From Fidelibacterota bacterium (lineage in GTDB: Bacteria; Fidelibacterota; Fidelibacteria; Fidelibacterales; DSDE01), in NCBI GenBank assembly GCA_046735395.1, contig JBJKQR010000062.1:86406-150405 (forward strand): DNA of 64,000 nt, read 5' to 3'. The notes under the pieces were generated by a model. That model was given only the letters and a program-made list of their open reading frames with translations, made no database searches and was not told the origin of the DNA. Both the position numbers and the translations under genes were made by a program. Positions 26,534-36,917 of this stretch are shown here, one piece after another; within the stretch, counting starts at the first letter, position 1; each line of letters begins with the position of its first letter.

Positions 26534-29113
26534 ATGCAGACACTGCTTTTAATCGTACCCCTGGCATCGCTGGCCGCATTGATCACCGCGTATGGCCTGA
26601 GCCGATGGATCTCGACTCAGGAAACGGGCACCAAACAGATGGTGCGCATCGCCTCCTATATCCGTGAGGGAGCGGTGGCATATCTGAAACAGCAATACAA
26701 GACCTCCGGCATCTTTTTTCTGCTGCTCTTTGTCCTGCTGCTCTTTTTTGCCTTCGGTCTCAATACCCTCTCCGTCTACGTCCCCTTTGCCTTTCTGACC
26801 GGAGTTTTCTTTTCCGGCCTCTCCGGCTTCATCGGCATGCTCACCTCAACGAAAACATCAAACCGGACAACCCACGCAGCCCGCAAATCTCTGAACCAGG
26901 CCCTGCGTCTCTCCTTCCGCGGCGGCTCCGTCATGGGGCTGGTCGTCGTCGGGCTCGGTCTCCTCGACATTGTCATCTGGTTCTATTATCTCAACAGCGT
27001 CATCGACATCGCAGATATCAACGAAAAACTGCATCTGATCACGGCCACCATGCTCAGTTTCGGATTCGGCGCCTCGTCTCAGGCACTGTTTGCCCGCGTC
27101 GGCGGCGGCATCTTCACCAAGGCGGCCGACATGGGTGCCGATCTGGTGGGCAAGGTGGAAGCGGGAATTCCCGAAGATGATCCGAGAAACCCTGCCGTCA
27201 TCGCCGATAACGTGGGTGACAACGTCGGGGACGTGGCCGGAATGGGCGCGGATCTGTACGAATCCTTCGTCGGCTCCATCCTCGGCGCGGCAGCGCTTGC
27301 CGTCTCGGCCGGTTACGGACTGAACGGGGTGCTCCTGCCCATGCTGGTGGCCGCTCTCGGCACCGCGGCCTCCGTTCTGGGTATCTTCACCGTTTCCACC
27401 GGCGAAGATGCAAATCAGAAACATCTGCTCAACGCCATCAACCGAGGCACCAATATTACGTCTGTCGTAACACTCATCCTGGTCTTTATCCTGCTCCGGG
27501 TCATGATGCCGGGACAGGTTTTTCAGCTCTATGTTCCCATTGTCATCGGTATTCTGGTGGGAATCGCCGTCGGATATTCCACCGACTATTACACCAATGC
27601 CGCCTTCAGCCCCGTTCACCGCATCGTCGGCCAGGCCCGCACCGGACATGCGACCGTGGTTACGGCCGGATTTTCGGTAGGTATGATGTCCGTCGTGCCC
27701 TCCATCCTCTTCATTATTATCGGAACCGTCATTGCCTTTATCAGCGGCGGAGGCCATGTCAATCTGAGCGAGGGCCTCTATGCCATCGGCCTGGCTGCGG
27801 TAGGCATGCTGTCCACCCTGGGCATCAATCTGGCAACGGATGCCTTCGGTCCCATCGCGGATAATGCGGGCGGTATCGCGGAGATGGCCGAGCTCCCGTC
27901 GGAAACCCGGAAACGGACTGACGCGCTGGATGAACTGGGCAATTCCACAGCCGCGCGGGGTAAAGGTTTATCCATCGGCGCGGCGGCACTGACAGCCGTC
28001 ACCCTTATTGCCGCGTTTATTGAGGAGATCCGGGCTGCCATGGTTCACAGCGGAATTTCCAGCATGAAAATTTACACAGGTGATATTCTCATCAAAACCG
28101 TAGATACAGCCGCCGCCTCCGTGACGGATCTGCTGCTGTACATGCAGAGTTCGCTTCTGGATATCCGCTTCATCAGCGGACTGTTCATCGGCTCTGTCAT
28201 CATTGCCGGCTTCGGTTCCAAAACCATTGAGGCGGTATCGGAGGCAGCCGGGGAAATGATCGACGAGGTCCGGCGGCAGTTCCGGACCATTCCGGGCATC
28301 ATGACCGGGGACGCAACTCCGGACTATGCCAGCTGCGTCCGCATTTCCACCTTCGCGGCTCAGAAAAAAATGGTCATTCCCGCCCTTATCGTAATCCTGA
28401 CGCCCATTCTCACCGGACTCCTTTTCGGTCCCGTGGCCGTCATCGGCCTGCTCAGCGGCAATCTCATCGTCGGTTTCCTTTTTGCCGTTTTCATGGCCAA
28501 CAGCGGCGGCGCCTGGGATAACGCAAAAAAATATATTGAACGCAGCAAATCGGACCTGCGTAACGAGATACAGCTGGGAATCCGGGACATCAGCAAGCGG
28601 GGACTCTGGCCTTTTTATCTCACCCGTGATACCCGCAGATTTCTCTTTGAACTGGTCAATCTGAATCCCAAGGCGTTCAGCATTGATGAAGAAGTATCCG
28701 AATATCTGGGCGAAATCATTCGTCTCACGGAAAACCGCTACATCAATGAAAATCTCAATCTGGCCACGCTGCTGGCGGCGCTCGAAAAAAACGCCCTGAA
28801 ATCCCTGAATGATGCGGATTTGTCCCTGCTTTACGGGAAGCTGAATGGCGAAGACCAGCTCATGTACCGTCAATATCTGCAGCTCAGCCGTCAGGATCAG
28901 GAATTTCTCATGAAACTGAACGGAATCCGAAGTGATTTCGAGTCCATCATGAGTTCCTATTCGGCTGCAGTCACCGGGGATACAGTCGGCGACCCGCTCA
29001 AGGACACCAGCGGCCCCTCCCTGAATATTGCCATCAAGCTCTCCACCATGGTTTCCATCATCAGCATCGGAATTGTCCTGAAATTCAATCTCTGGTCAGC
29101 GCTCTTTCACTGA
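26534..29113 (+). CDS. hppA: Membrane-bound proton/sodium-translocating pyrophosphatase with a large loop insertion
   Basis: Carries DNVGDNVGDVAGMGADLYES, GNSTAARGKG, GGAWDNAKKYIE and GDTVGDPLKDTSGPSLNI motifs. The ATG at 26534 lies after AAAGGA. Confidence 0.9.
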   Translation: MQTLLLIVPLASLAALITAYGLSRWISTQETGTKQMVRIASYIREGAVAYLKQQYKTSGIFFLLLFVLLLFFAFGLNTLSVYVPFAFLTGVFFSGLSGFIGMLTSTKTSNRTTHAARKSLNQALRLSFRGGSVMGLVVVGLGLLDIVIWFYYLNSVIDIADINEKLHLITATMLSFGFGASSQALFARVGGGIFTKAADMGADLVGKVEAGIPEDDPRNPAVIADNVGDNVGDVAGMGADLYESFVGSILGAAALAVSAGYGLNGVLLPMLVAALGTAASVLGIFTVSTGEDANQKHLLNAINRGTNITSVVTLILVFILLRVMMPGQVFQLYVPIVIGILVGIAVGYSTDYYTNAAFSPVHRIVGQARTGHATVVTAGFSVGMMSVVPSILFIIIGTVIAFISGGGHVNLSEGLYAIGLAAVGMLSTLGINLATDAFGPIADNAGGIAEMAELPSETRKRTDALDELGNSTAARGKGLSIGAAALTAVTLIAAFIEEIRAAMVHSGISSMKIYTGDILIKTVDTAAASVTDLLLYMQSSLLDIRFISGLFIGSVIIAGFGSKTIEAVSEAAGEMIDEVRRQFRTIPGIMTGDATPDYASCVRISTFAAQKKMVIPALIVILTPILTGLLFGPVAVIGLLSGNLIVGFLFAVFMANSGGAWDNAKKYIERSKSDLRNEIQLGIRDISKRGLWPFYLTRDTRRFLFELVNLNPKAFSIDEEVSEYLGEIIRLTENRYINENLNLATLLAALEKNALKSLNDADLSLLYGKLNGEDQLMYRQYLQLSRQDQEFLMKLNGIRSDFESIMSSYSAAVTGDTVGDPLKDTSGPSLNIAIKLSTMVSIISIGIVLKFNLWSALFH

Positions 29114-29147
29114 GCCGGCCGGGAATATTTCTACAGAAAGGAAATAA

Positions 29148-31136
29148 ATGAAAACGGCACGGAATTCGGAACAATTCATCAGCGAAGCTGATCTTTACGA
29201 GATTACCATCCCCCTCACACCCCGGCTAAATGCGGAGGGCGACAAGGCCGTATATATTCTCAGGAAGGCTGATAAGGAAAGCGGACGCTTTCATACGCGG
29301 CTGCACCTGCTGGACATCCGCCGAAAGCATGACACGGAATATACGCGCGGCAATGCCGATTCACATCCCTGCTGGCATCCCGGCGGAAAAAAGATTCTCT
29401 ATCTGAATAATGATAATAAGGACAATACACTGCGAAGTATTTCCATCCATGGCGGAGAGTCCACCGATGTGATGAAACTGGGTAAAGGTGATGTTCAGAG
29501 TATAGCCTGGTCTCCGGACGGAAAATGGATCGCCATCCTTATGAAAAAACCGGAAACAGACGGAGCAGACAGCGATACGGAACCGAAAGAACCGGTGCTG
29601 CGGGTGATAGACAGGCTCTATACGCGGCATGACGGAAAAGGCTGGGACATGGATGCCCGCGCATCTCTCTACCTCCTGAAAACGGGCTCGGCCACGGTTC
29701 AGAAGATCGCCGACAGCCCGCTGAGCCATATTTCGGACTTCGCCTGGTCCTCCGACAGCCAACGGATTGCCTACGTCATGAACGCCCATCCGGATCCGGA
29801 CAGGAATGCAGGACATGACTCGATCTTCATCTATTCCCTGACTGATAAAAGCACCGTGGAACTGCCCAAACAGCCCGGGCCGGTGAGCCGGCTGCGCTTC
29901 GGAAATGCAGACCGTTCCATTTTCTTCACCGGTCATTTTCATCCTGAAAATCTCTGGGGAACCTTTAACAGTGAATTCTTCGAACTGGACATCGAGGACG
30001 GCAACTGCCGAAGCCTCAGTGAAGACCTGGACCGGACTCTCAGCGCGGCAAGCCTGGGAGACATTTCACCCATGGATACGGATCAGACACCCGTCTGTGA
30101 TCCGGACGGAACCTGGTATTTCACGATCACGTCCGAAGGCGGCAGCCCTCTGATCCGACGCAGCCCGTCCGGAGATACCGAAGCCATTCTGGAAGGGCCG
30201 GAAGTTATTGCGGAATATGACAAGGCCCAGAATGCCCCGGTCTTCATCCTGCGCCTGGCTCAGATGGAACGGCCCGATGAACTGTGGCTCCTCAGGCTTG
30301 ACGAGGAAAAAACTCTGACAAAAATTACCGATCTGAATGACCGCTATCTGTCAAACCGTCAGTATACCTTTCCTGAGGTCCATACCATTCCGGTGGATGG
30401 CGCCGAGATACAGACCTGGATCGTAAAGCCGCCGCAGTTCCGGGAAAAATCCAAGTGGCCCATGATCCTGGAAATTCACGGCGGGCCCCATTCACAATAC
30501 GCCTACACCTTTTTCCACGAAATGCAGGTGCTCGCCGCAGCCGGTTTTGTCGTGGTCTATGCCAATCCCCGCGGCAGCCAGGGCTATGGCCGGGATTTTG
30601 CCAAGGCCATTCACGGAAGCTGGGCCGAACCGGCCTTCAGTGATCTCATGACCGTCACCGATTACATGGCGGAAACCGGATATATTGATGAGGAACGGCT
30701 TTTTGTCACCGGTGGCTCCTATGGCGGATACATGACCAACTGGATTGTGACGCAGACGGACCGTTTCCGGGCTGCCGCAACCCAGCGGTCCGTCACCAAT
30801 CTGGAAACTTTTTTCGGCTGTTCCGACATGGGCTGGGAATTGAGCAGCGAATTCAATGGCGCGCCCTGGGAAAATCCGGAGATATACAGAAAATGGAGTC
30901 CCATCACCCATGCTGCACAGATCCGGACCCCATTGCTGATCATCCACTCGGAAAATGACCTGAGATGCCCGATCGAACAGGCGGAACAGCTCTTTGTCCG
31001 TCTGAAATACGAGGGCAGGCCTGTGAAATTCCTTCGCTTTCCGGAAGAAAGCCACGGACTGAGCCGAAACGGCCGCATTGACCGGCGCATCGCCCGGCTC
31101 CAGGCTCTCCGCGACTGGTTTCACTCCTGCCTTTGA
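29148..31136 (+). CDS. S9-family serine peptidase (acylaminoacyl/prolyl oligopeptidase type) with an N-terminal beta-propeller
   Basis: The GGSYGGYM nucleophile elbow and a C-terminal alpha/beta hydrolase pattern with ENDLRCP...H are present. Confidence 0.85.
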   Translation: MKTARNSEQFISEADLYEITIPLTPRLNAEGDKAVYILRKADKESGRFHTRLHLLDIRRKHDTEYTRGNADSHPCWHPGGKKILYLNNDNKDNTLRSISIHGGESTDVMKLGKGDVQSIAWSPDGKWIAILMKKPETDGADSDTEPKEPVLRVIDRLYTRHDGKGWDMDARASLYLLKTGSATVQKIADSPLSHISDFAWSSDSQRIAYVMNAHPDPDRNAGHDSIFIYSLTDKSTVELPKQPGPVSRLRFGNADRSIFFTGHFHPENLWGTFNSEFFELDIEDGNCRSLSEDLDRTLSAASLGDISPMDTDQTPVCDPDGTWYFTITSEGGSPLIRRSPSGDTEAILEGPEVIAEYDKAQNAPVFILRLAQMERPDELWLLRLDEEKTLTKITDLNDRYLSNRQYTFPEVHTIPVDGAEIQTWIVKPPQFREKSKWPMILEIHGGPHSQYAYTFFHEMQVLAAAGFVVVYANPRGSQGYGRDFAKAIHGSWAEPAFSDLMTVTDYMAETGYIDEERLFVTGGSYGGYMTNWIVTQTDRFRAAATQRSVTNLETFFGCSDMGWELSSEFNGAPWENPEIYRKWSPITHAAQIRTPLLIIHSENDLRCPIEQAEQLFVRLKYEGRPVKFLRFPEESHGLSRNGRIDRRIARLQALRDWFHSCL

Positions 31137-31232
31137 GCTCAATACCCCTAAATTCCCGAGCTTTATCCGAATTTTCTGTAACGATTCGTCCTTAATTGTA
31201 TCTTTATTCTAAACAGAAAGGAAAACAATTCG

Positions 31233-31670
31233 ATGAGTGAACAGACCATGAAAATTGACTTATACAGCATCGGTGACTCTCTCACCTTCGTCGCCAAGGG
31301 AAAGACCGGCCACTGGATCAGCATGGATGCGCCCACAGAAATAAATGGCCATGGTGCAGCCAGCCGCCCCATGGAAGTTGTCCTTCAGGCCCTCGCCGGC
31401 TGTACCGGCATGGATGTCATGTCCATCCTGGGAAAAAAACGCATCAAGATCGATCTCTTCGGAATGGAAGTCACAGCCGAAAGAGCGGACGTGCATCCGA
31501 AAGTCTTCACAAAAATTCACCTGACCTATAAATTCTGGGGCAGCGATATTCCCGAAAACGCGGTCGAACGGGCCATCGAACTCAGCGAAACCAAATACTG
31601 CTCCGTATCCGCCATGCTGCGCAGCACTGCCGAGATCACCAGTTCCTGGGAAATAAATCCGGAAAAATAG
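31233..31670 (+). CDS. OsmC/Ohr-family peroxiredoxin-like protein
   Basis: The two conserved Cys contexts LAGCTGMD and KYCSVSAML are present. Confidence 0.8.
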   Translation: MSEQTMKIDLYSIGDSLTFVAKGKTGHWISMDAPTEINGHGAASRPMEVVLQALAGCTGMDVMSILGKKRIKIDLFGMEVTAERADVHPKVFTKIHLTYKFWGSDIPENAVERAIELSETKYCSVSAMLRSTAEITSSWEINPEK

Positions 31671-31824
31671 GCGCTGCCGGCTCTGAATTTTTGCAGCCTG
31701 GAGGAGAACTCTTCAGGGCTGTCGGAATTTATACGATTTTCTATCTGAATTCATTTGCCGGAAGCGTACTTTAAGGGAATATTACCCTTTATTTTTTTTC
31801 TGATTTGACATAAATTCTGACATT

Positions 31825-33825
31825 ATGACAGAATTTCAGCTCGTATCCAAATACAGTCCCACCGGTGATCAGCCTCAGGCTATTGAGGAACTGGTCCGGG
31901 GTGTTGAGGAAGGGCATCCTTTTCAGACTCTGCTGGGAATAACGGGCAGCGGAAAAACCTATACGATGGCCAAGGTCATCGAGGCGGTCCGCAAACCGAC
32001 GCTCATCATTTCCCACAACAAAACCCTGGCGGCTCAGCTCTACGGTGAATTCAAGGCTTTTTTCCCCGATAATGCCGTCGAATATTTCATCAGTTATTAC
32101 GATTATTATCAGCCGGAAGCCTATCTTCCCGTCACCGACACCTATATTGAAAAGGATTCGGACATCAATGACGAGATTGAGAAGCTGCGGCTCAAGGCCA
32201 CATCCAGCCTCATGGCGCGCAATGATGTGATCGTGGTGGCTTCCGTTTCCTGCATTTACGGTCTGGGAAGCCCGGAGGATTACAAGAGCCAGATCGTCGT
32301 CCTGCACAAAGGCGAGGCGATTGACAGGAAGGATCTTCTGAAGCGGCTGGTCAATATTTACTATTCGCGAAATGACATGGCCTTTGCCCGCGGAACCTTC
32401 CGGGTCCGGGGCGACATCATCGAAATCTTTCCGGCCTATGAGGATCAGCCTCTGCGAATTGAATTCTGGGGCGATGTGGTTGAGGATATTCATATCACCG
32501 ATCCGGTCACCGGTGAAATCCTCCGGAGCCTGGAATTTACGGTCATCTACCCGGCCCGTCATTTTGTCACGAATGAAGATACGCTGAACCAGAGTTTTCA
32601 GCAGATTCAGGACGAACTGAGGGACCGCCTCAATACGTTTCGCAGTGAAGGCAAACTGCTGGAGGCCCAGCGGCTGGAGCAGCGGACGGAATTTGATCTG
32701 GAAATGATCCGCGAGCTGGGTTACTGCAGCGGCATCGAAAATTACAGCCGCCACCTGACCCTGCGCGCCGCCGGCCAGCGCCCCTTTACACTTTTCGATT
32801 TTTTCCCGAAGGATTATCTGCTGATCATTGATGAGAGCCACGCCACCATACCGCAGATCCGGGCCATGTATAACGGTGATTTCAGCCGGAAGCGGGTTTT
32901 AGTGGAATATGGTTTCAGGCTGCCGTCAGCCCATGACAACCGCCCCATGAAATTTGAGGAATTCGAAACGCTCATCCGTCAGTGCATTTTCGTATCCGCC
33001 ACACCGGCGGATTATGAACTGGAAAAATGCGAGGGCGTGGTCACCGAGCAGATCATCCGGCCCACGGGACTTCTGGATCCGGAGATTGAGCTCCGCCCCA
33101 CCGAAAATCAGATTGACCATCTCATCCATGAGATACAGGTCCGGGTCGGCCGAAAGGAACGCGTCCTCATCACGACCCTCACCAAGAAGATGGCGGAAAA
33201 TCTTGCCGAATTCCTGAAAAACCGGAATATCCGTGTCCGCTACATGCATTCGGAGATCAATTCCCTGGAACGCATCGGTATTCTCCGCGACCTGAGGCTG
33301 GGAGAATTTGATGTTCTGGTGGGCATCAATCTGCTCCGGGAGGGACTGGATCTTCCCGAAGTCAGCCTGGTTGCCATTCTCGACGCCGACAAGGAAGGTT
33401 TTCTCCGCTCCGACCGCAGCCTTTTCCAGATCAGCGGCCGCGCTGCACGGAATGAAAAGGGCAAAGTTATTTTTTATGCTGATAAGATCACGGCCGCCAT
33501 GAAAAAAGTTATGGACGAAACCAACCGCCGCCGGGACATCCAGATGGCCTACAATACGGAACACGGCATCACACCGAAGACGGTCTATAAGAGCGAGGAT
33601 GAAATTCGCAGGATTACGGCCATTGCCGACATGAATCCCGAATATCACCGGGATGGCGATGTGAAGGAAAAAGTGAAAATGGATCCCCGGTCGAGGGTGG
33701 AAGCTCTGAATCTGGTGGACCAGCTGACAGTGGAAATGGAAAAGGCGGCAGAACAGCTGGATTTTGAACGGGCAGCTCAGCTGCGCGACCGAATCATAGA
33801 ACTGAAAGAGAGGAACAGAGTCTGA
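31825..33825 (+). CDS. uvrB: Excinuclease ABC subunit B
   Basis: Carries [15 protein letters not shown], helicase motifs and a C-terminal UVR domain ([11 protein letters not shown]). Confidence 0.95.
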   Translation: MTEFQLVSKYSPTGDQPQAIEELVRGVEEGHPFQTLLGITGSGKTYTMAKVIEAVRKPTLIISHNKTLAAQLYGEFKAFFPDNAVEYFISYYDYYQPEAYLPVTDTYIEKDSDINDEIEKLRLKATSSLMARNDVIVVASVSCIYGLGSPEDYKSQIVVLHKGEAIDRKDLLKRLVNIYYSRNDMAFARGTFRVRGDIIEIFPAYEDQPLRIEFWGDVVEDIHITDPVTGEILRSLEFTVIYPARHFVTNEDTLNQSFQQIQDELRDRLNTFRSEGKLLEAQRLEQRTEFDLEMIRELGYCSGIENYSRHLTLRAAGQRPFTLFDFFPKDYLLIIDESHATIPQIRAMYNGDFSRKRVLVEYGFRLPSAHDNRPMKFEEFETLIRQCIFVSATPADYELEKCEGVVTEQIIRPTGLLDPEIELRPTENQIDHLIHEIQVRVGRKERVLITTLTKKMAENLAEFLKNRNIRVRYMHSEINSLERIGILRDLRLGEFDVLVGINLLREGLDLPEVSLVAILDADKEGFLRSDRSLFQISGRAARNEKGKVIFYADKITAAMKKVMDETNRRRDIQMAYNTEHGITPKTVYKSEDEIRRITAIADMNPEYHRDGDVKEKVKMDPRSRVEALNLVDQLTVEMEKAAEQLDFERAAQLRDRIIELKERNRV

Positions 33826-33826
33826 T

Positions 33827-35110
33827 ATGAGCGATAAACAGAATATTCTGGTACTGGGTTCGGGGGGGCGCGAACACGCCCTGGTCTGGAAACTGAAACA
33901 AAGTCCGAAAGTCGCTGAAATACACTGCATTCCGGGCAACGGCGGTATTGAAAATATTGCCACGACCGCATCGGTTCCGCTCACAAATTTTTCTGCTCTG
34001 GCCACCTACGTCCGTGACCACGATATTGATCTGACCGTTGTCGGCCCCGAACAGCCTCTCGTCAATGGTATTGTAGACAGTTTCCGCAAGAAAGGGCTGA
34101 AAATCTGGGGGCCGGATCAGCTCTCGGCCCGGCTGGAAGGTTCCAAGGCCTATTCCAAGGATTTCATGAAAAAATACGGTATCCCGACGGCCGGATATAA
34201 ATCCGTTAACAACCTGAACGATGCCATACATTTCCTGAAGGAATGCAGGTATCCTATTGTGATCAAAGCCAGCGGACTGGCGGCAGGAAAAGGTGTGGTC
34301 ATTGCCGAAAGCCGGAAAGAGGCGCTCACGGCGCTTGAATCCATGCTCGTCAACCGACAGTTCGGAGATGCCGGAGATACGGTCGTCATCGAGGAGTTTC
34401 TGAAAGGCGATGAAATATCCATTTTAGTTATCACGGACGGAAACCATTATCATATTCTGCCGACGGCCCGGGACCACAAACGGGCCTTTGACGGAGATCT
34501 GGGCCCGAATACGGGCGGAATGGGCGCCTTTGCCCCGGCCCCTCTGCTGACTGCCGCGCAGGAACAGCAGGTCATCGGTGACATTATTGAACCGACCATC
34601 GCGGGTATCCGGAGTGAAGGCGGTGATTACAAGGGAATCATTTACTTCGGACTGATGATTGACGGGGAAGACATCCGGGTTCTGGAGTACAACTGCCGCT
34701 TTGGTGATCCTGAGGCTCAGGTCATTCTGCCTCTCCTGAAAAACGATCTGCTCGACCTTATTGACGCCTCGCTGAAGGAAAACCTTGACCAGCAGAAAAT
34801 TGAATGTCACAGCGGCGTCTGCGCTACCGTGATTCTGGCCAGCGGCGGCTACCCGGGAAACTATGAAAAGAACCTTCCCATACAGGATAAGACCGTAAAC
34901 GGTGAAGACAATCTGATTCTTTTTCATGCCGGCACACGTCGCGAAAATGAGGTCCTCCTTTCCTCGGGAGGACGGGTTCTGGCCGTGACCGCTCTGGGCG
35001 AAAACCTGAAGACGGCTTTGAATATTGCCTATAAAAATATTTCAAAAATAAAATTAAAGGGTTCATTTTACCGAAAGGACATAGGCAAAGGCTTCATCGA
35101 CACTAAATAA
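33827..35110 (+). CDS. purD: Phosphoribosylamine-glycine ligase
   Basis: Carries VLVLGSGGREHAL, an ATP-grasp core and EYNCRFGDPE. Confidence 0.95.
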   Translation: MSDKQNILVLGSGGREHALVWKLKQSPKVAEIHCIPGNGGIENIATTASVPLTNFSALATYVRDHDIDLTVVGPEQPLVNGIVDSFRKKGLKIWGPDQLSARLEGSKAYSKDFMKKYGIPTAGYKSVNNLNDAIHFLKECRYPIVIKASGLAAGKGVVIAESRKEALTALESMLVNRQFGDAGDTVVIEEFLKGDEISILVITDGNHYHILPTARDHKRAFDGDLGPNTGGMGAFAPAPLLTAAQEQQVIGDIIEPTIAGIRSEGGDYKGIIYFGLMIDGEDIRVLEYNCRFGDPEAQVILPLLKNDLLDLIDASLKENLDQQKIECHSGVCATVILASGGYPGNYEKNLPIQDKTVNGEDNLILFHAGTRRENEVLLSSGGRVLAVTALGENLKTALNIAYKNISKIKLKGSFYRKDIGKGFIDTK

Positions 35111-35197
35111 GCTAATGATTTGTATAATTATTAAAACAATGAACAGAATAATAGAAATTGGTATTGCACGCCAGGATCCTGAACACTACGGGGAAGG

Positions 35198-36379
35198 ATG
35201 GAGAGCATGAACAATTACGGAATAACGGGCGACAGTGAAGCCATCCGCCAGGTAATTGCCATGATTGATCAGGTGAGCCGGTCCGATATTTCCGTGCTGA
35301 TCACCGGTGACAGCGGAACGGGCAAGGAGCTGGTAGCCCGCGCCATTCACAACAATTCGCTGCGGCGCAGCAAGCCCTATATCATTGTAAATTGCGGCGC
35401 CATCCCGGCTGGAACCATCGAAAGTGAGCTCTTCGGCCACAAGAAAGGTTCCTTCACAGGCGCGCTGGAAAGCCGGAAGGGATATTTCGAAGCTGCCGAC
35501 GGCGGAAGCATTTTTCTCGACGAAATCGGTGAGACGCCTCTGGAAACCCAGGTCAAGCTTCTGAGAACGCTGGAACAGGGTGAAATCATTCCAGTGGGTG
35601 AAAACTCGGCCCGACACGTGGATGTACGCGTTATTGCCGCCACAAACCGCAATCTGGCTGAGGAAGTACGACAGGAGCGTTTTCGCAAGGATCTTTATTA
35701 CCGGCTGAAAACCGTCAACATTCATCTGCCGGCGCTGGCCGACCGCAGAGAAGACATTCCCCTTCTCGTCAATCAATTCATGACCCGCTACTGCGATCAG
35801 AACGGTATCCCTTACAAACCCTTCAGCCCCAAAGCCATGAAAGTCCTGCAGGACCGGGAATACAGCGGCAACATCCGCGAACTCAAGAATCTGGTCGAAT
35901 CCGTCATCGTCATGGAAAAGGACCGGATTATCCGGCCGGAAACCATTATCCAGCAATCCCATGGCAGCGAAAATTCCTTTGATGAATTCTCACCCTCCTT
36001 CGACACCCGCTATCCCGTGAAAATTCAGAGCCGCGACCGGGATGAGATGGAACGGGAGCTCATGCTCCGGCAGCTCTTCCTGCTCCGCCAGGATGTGGAG
36101 GAAATCAAGTCCCTGCTCAAACGCGATCTGCTGCCGCGCATGAACAGCGACCAGATGAACGATATCAGCAATATTATTCACGAAATGCGTCAGGGAACGG
36201 TGGAGGACCATGTGGAGGATGCCTCGGATACAAAGGAAAAAAGCCTGAGCGAAATCGAACGGGACGTGATCGTGCGGACTCTGGAAAAATATTACGGCAG
36301 CAAACGGAAAACGGCCAAGGCTCTGGGAATCTCCGAGCGGACCCTGTACCGGAAGATCAATGAATATGAAATACAGTAA
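35198..36379 (+). CDS. Sigma-54-dependent activator lacking any N-terminal sensory/receiver domain (AAA+ plus Fis HTH)
   Basis: The protein starts directly in the AAA+ domain ([10 protein letters not shown]). The loop is GSFTGA. The C-terminal HTH reads [13 protein letters not shown]. Confidence 0.85.
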   Translation: MESMNNYGITGDSEAIRQVIAMIDQVSRSDISVLITGDSGTGKELVARAIHNNSLRRSKPYIIVNCGAIPAGTIESELFGHKKGSFTGALESRKGYFEAADGGSIFLDEIGETPLETQVKLLRTLEQGEIIPVGENSARHVDVRVIAATNRNLAEEVRQERFRKDLYYRLKTVNIHLPALADRREDIPLLVNQFMTRYCDQNGIPYKPFSPKAMKVLQDREYSGNIRELKNLVESVIVMEKDRIIRPETIIQQSHGSENSFDEFSPSFDTRYPVKIQSRDRDEMERELMLRQLFLLRQDVEEIKSLLKRDLLPRMNSDQMNDISNIIHEMRQGTVEDHVEDASDTKEKSLSEIERDVIVRTLEKYYGSKRKTAKALGISERTLYRKINEYEIQ

Positions 36380-36386
36380 GGTGGCC

Positions 36387-36899
36387 ATGAGAAAAATCCT
36401 GTTCATTTCAGCGCTCATCATTCTCAGCAGCTGCGGGATTTACAGTACCCGTCCCGGCAGTATTCCTCAGCAGATCACCAATATTCATATTCCCCCTGTG
36501 GAAAACGAAACGGCTGAATTCGGCCTGAATGACGACATCAATGAACAGGTGCTGCGAACCATTCTCGACGAAAATATCCTTCCCCTCGCGGAGGAAGCCC
36601 AGGCCAGCAGTATTCTCTACCTGAGCTGCACAAAGATTGATGACAAACCCTATACCTTTGATGAAACCGAACGGGTCAAGGAATACAAACTGTCCCTGAC
36701 CATGAGTTACCGCTGGGTGGACACGGCCGGCAGGAAGGACCTGATGGCAGGGAACCTGAGCCAGTGGGCCGTTTACAACAGCGACAGCTATAATAATGAA
36801 TTATCCCCGGGCGATCAGATCACCAGAGATCAGGCTAAAACTGAGCTGGCGAAGAAAATCTCGGAAGACGTAGTTTTTCAACTGGTCTCGGACTGGTAA
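36387..36899 (+). CDS. Lipoprotein, LptE-like (LPS-assembly lipoprotein family) - tentative
   Basis: Carries the lipobox LSSCG. Size and position directly downstream of the receiver-less sigma-54 activator match the arrangement I recall from Bacteroidetes genomes. Confidence 0.45.
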   Translation: MRKILFISALIILSSCGIYSTRPGSIPQQITNIHIPPVENETAEFGLNDDINEQVLRTILDENILPLAEEAQASSILYLSCTKIDDKPYTFDETERVKEYKLSLTMSYRWVDTAGRKDLMAGNLSQWAVYNSDSYNNELSPGDQITRDQAKTELAKKISEDVVFQLVSDW

Positions 36900-36917
36900 A
36901 ACGATTAGAAAAAGGAG

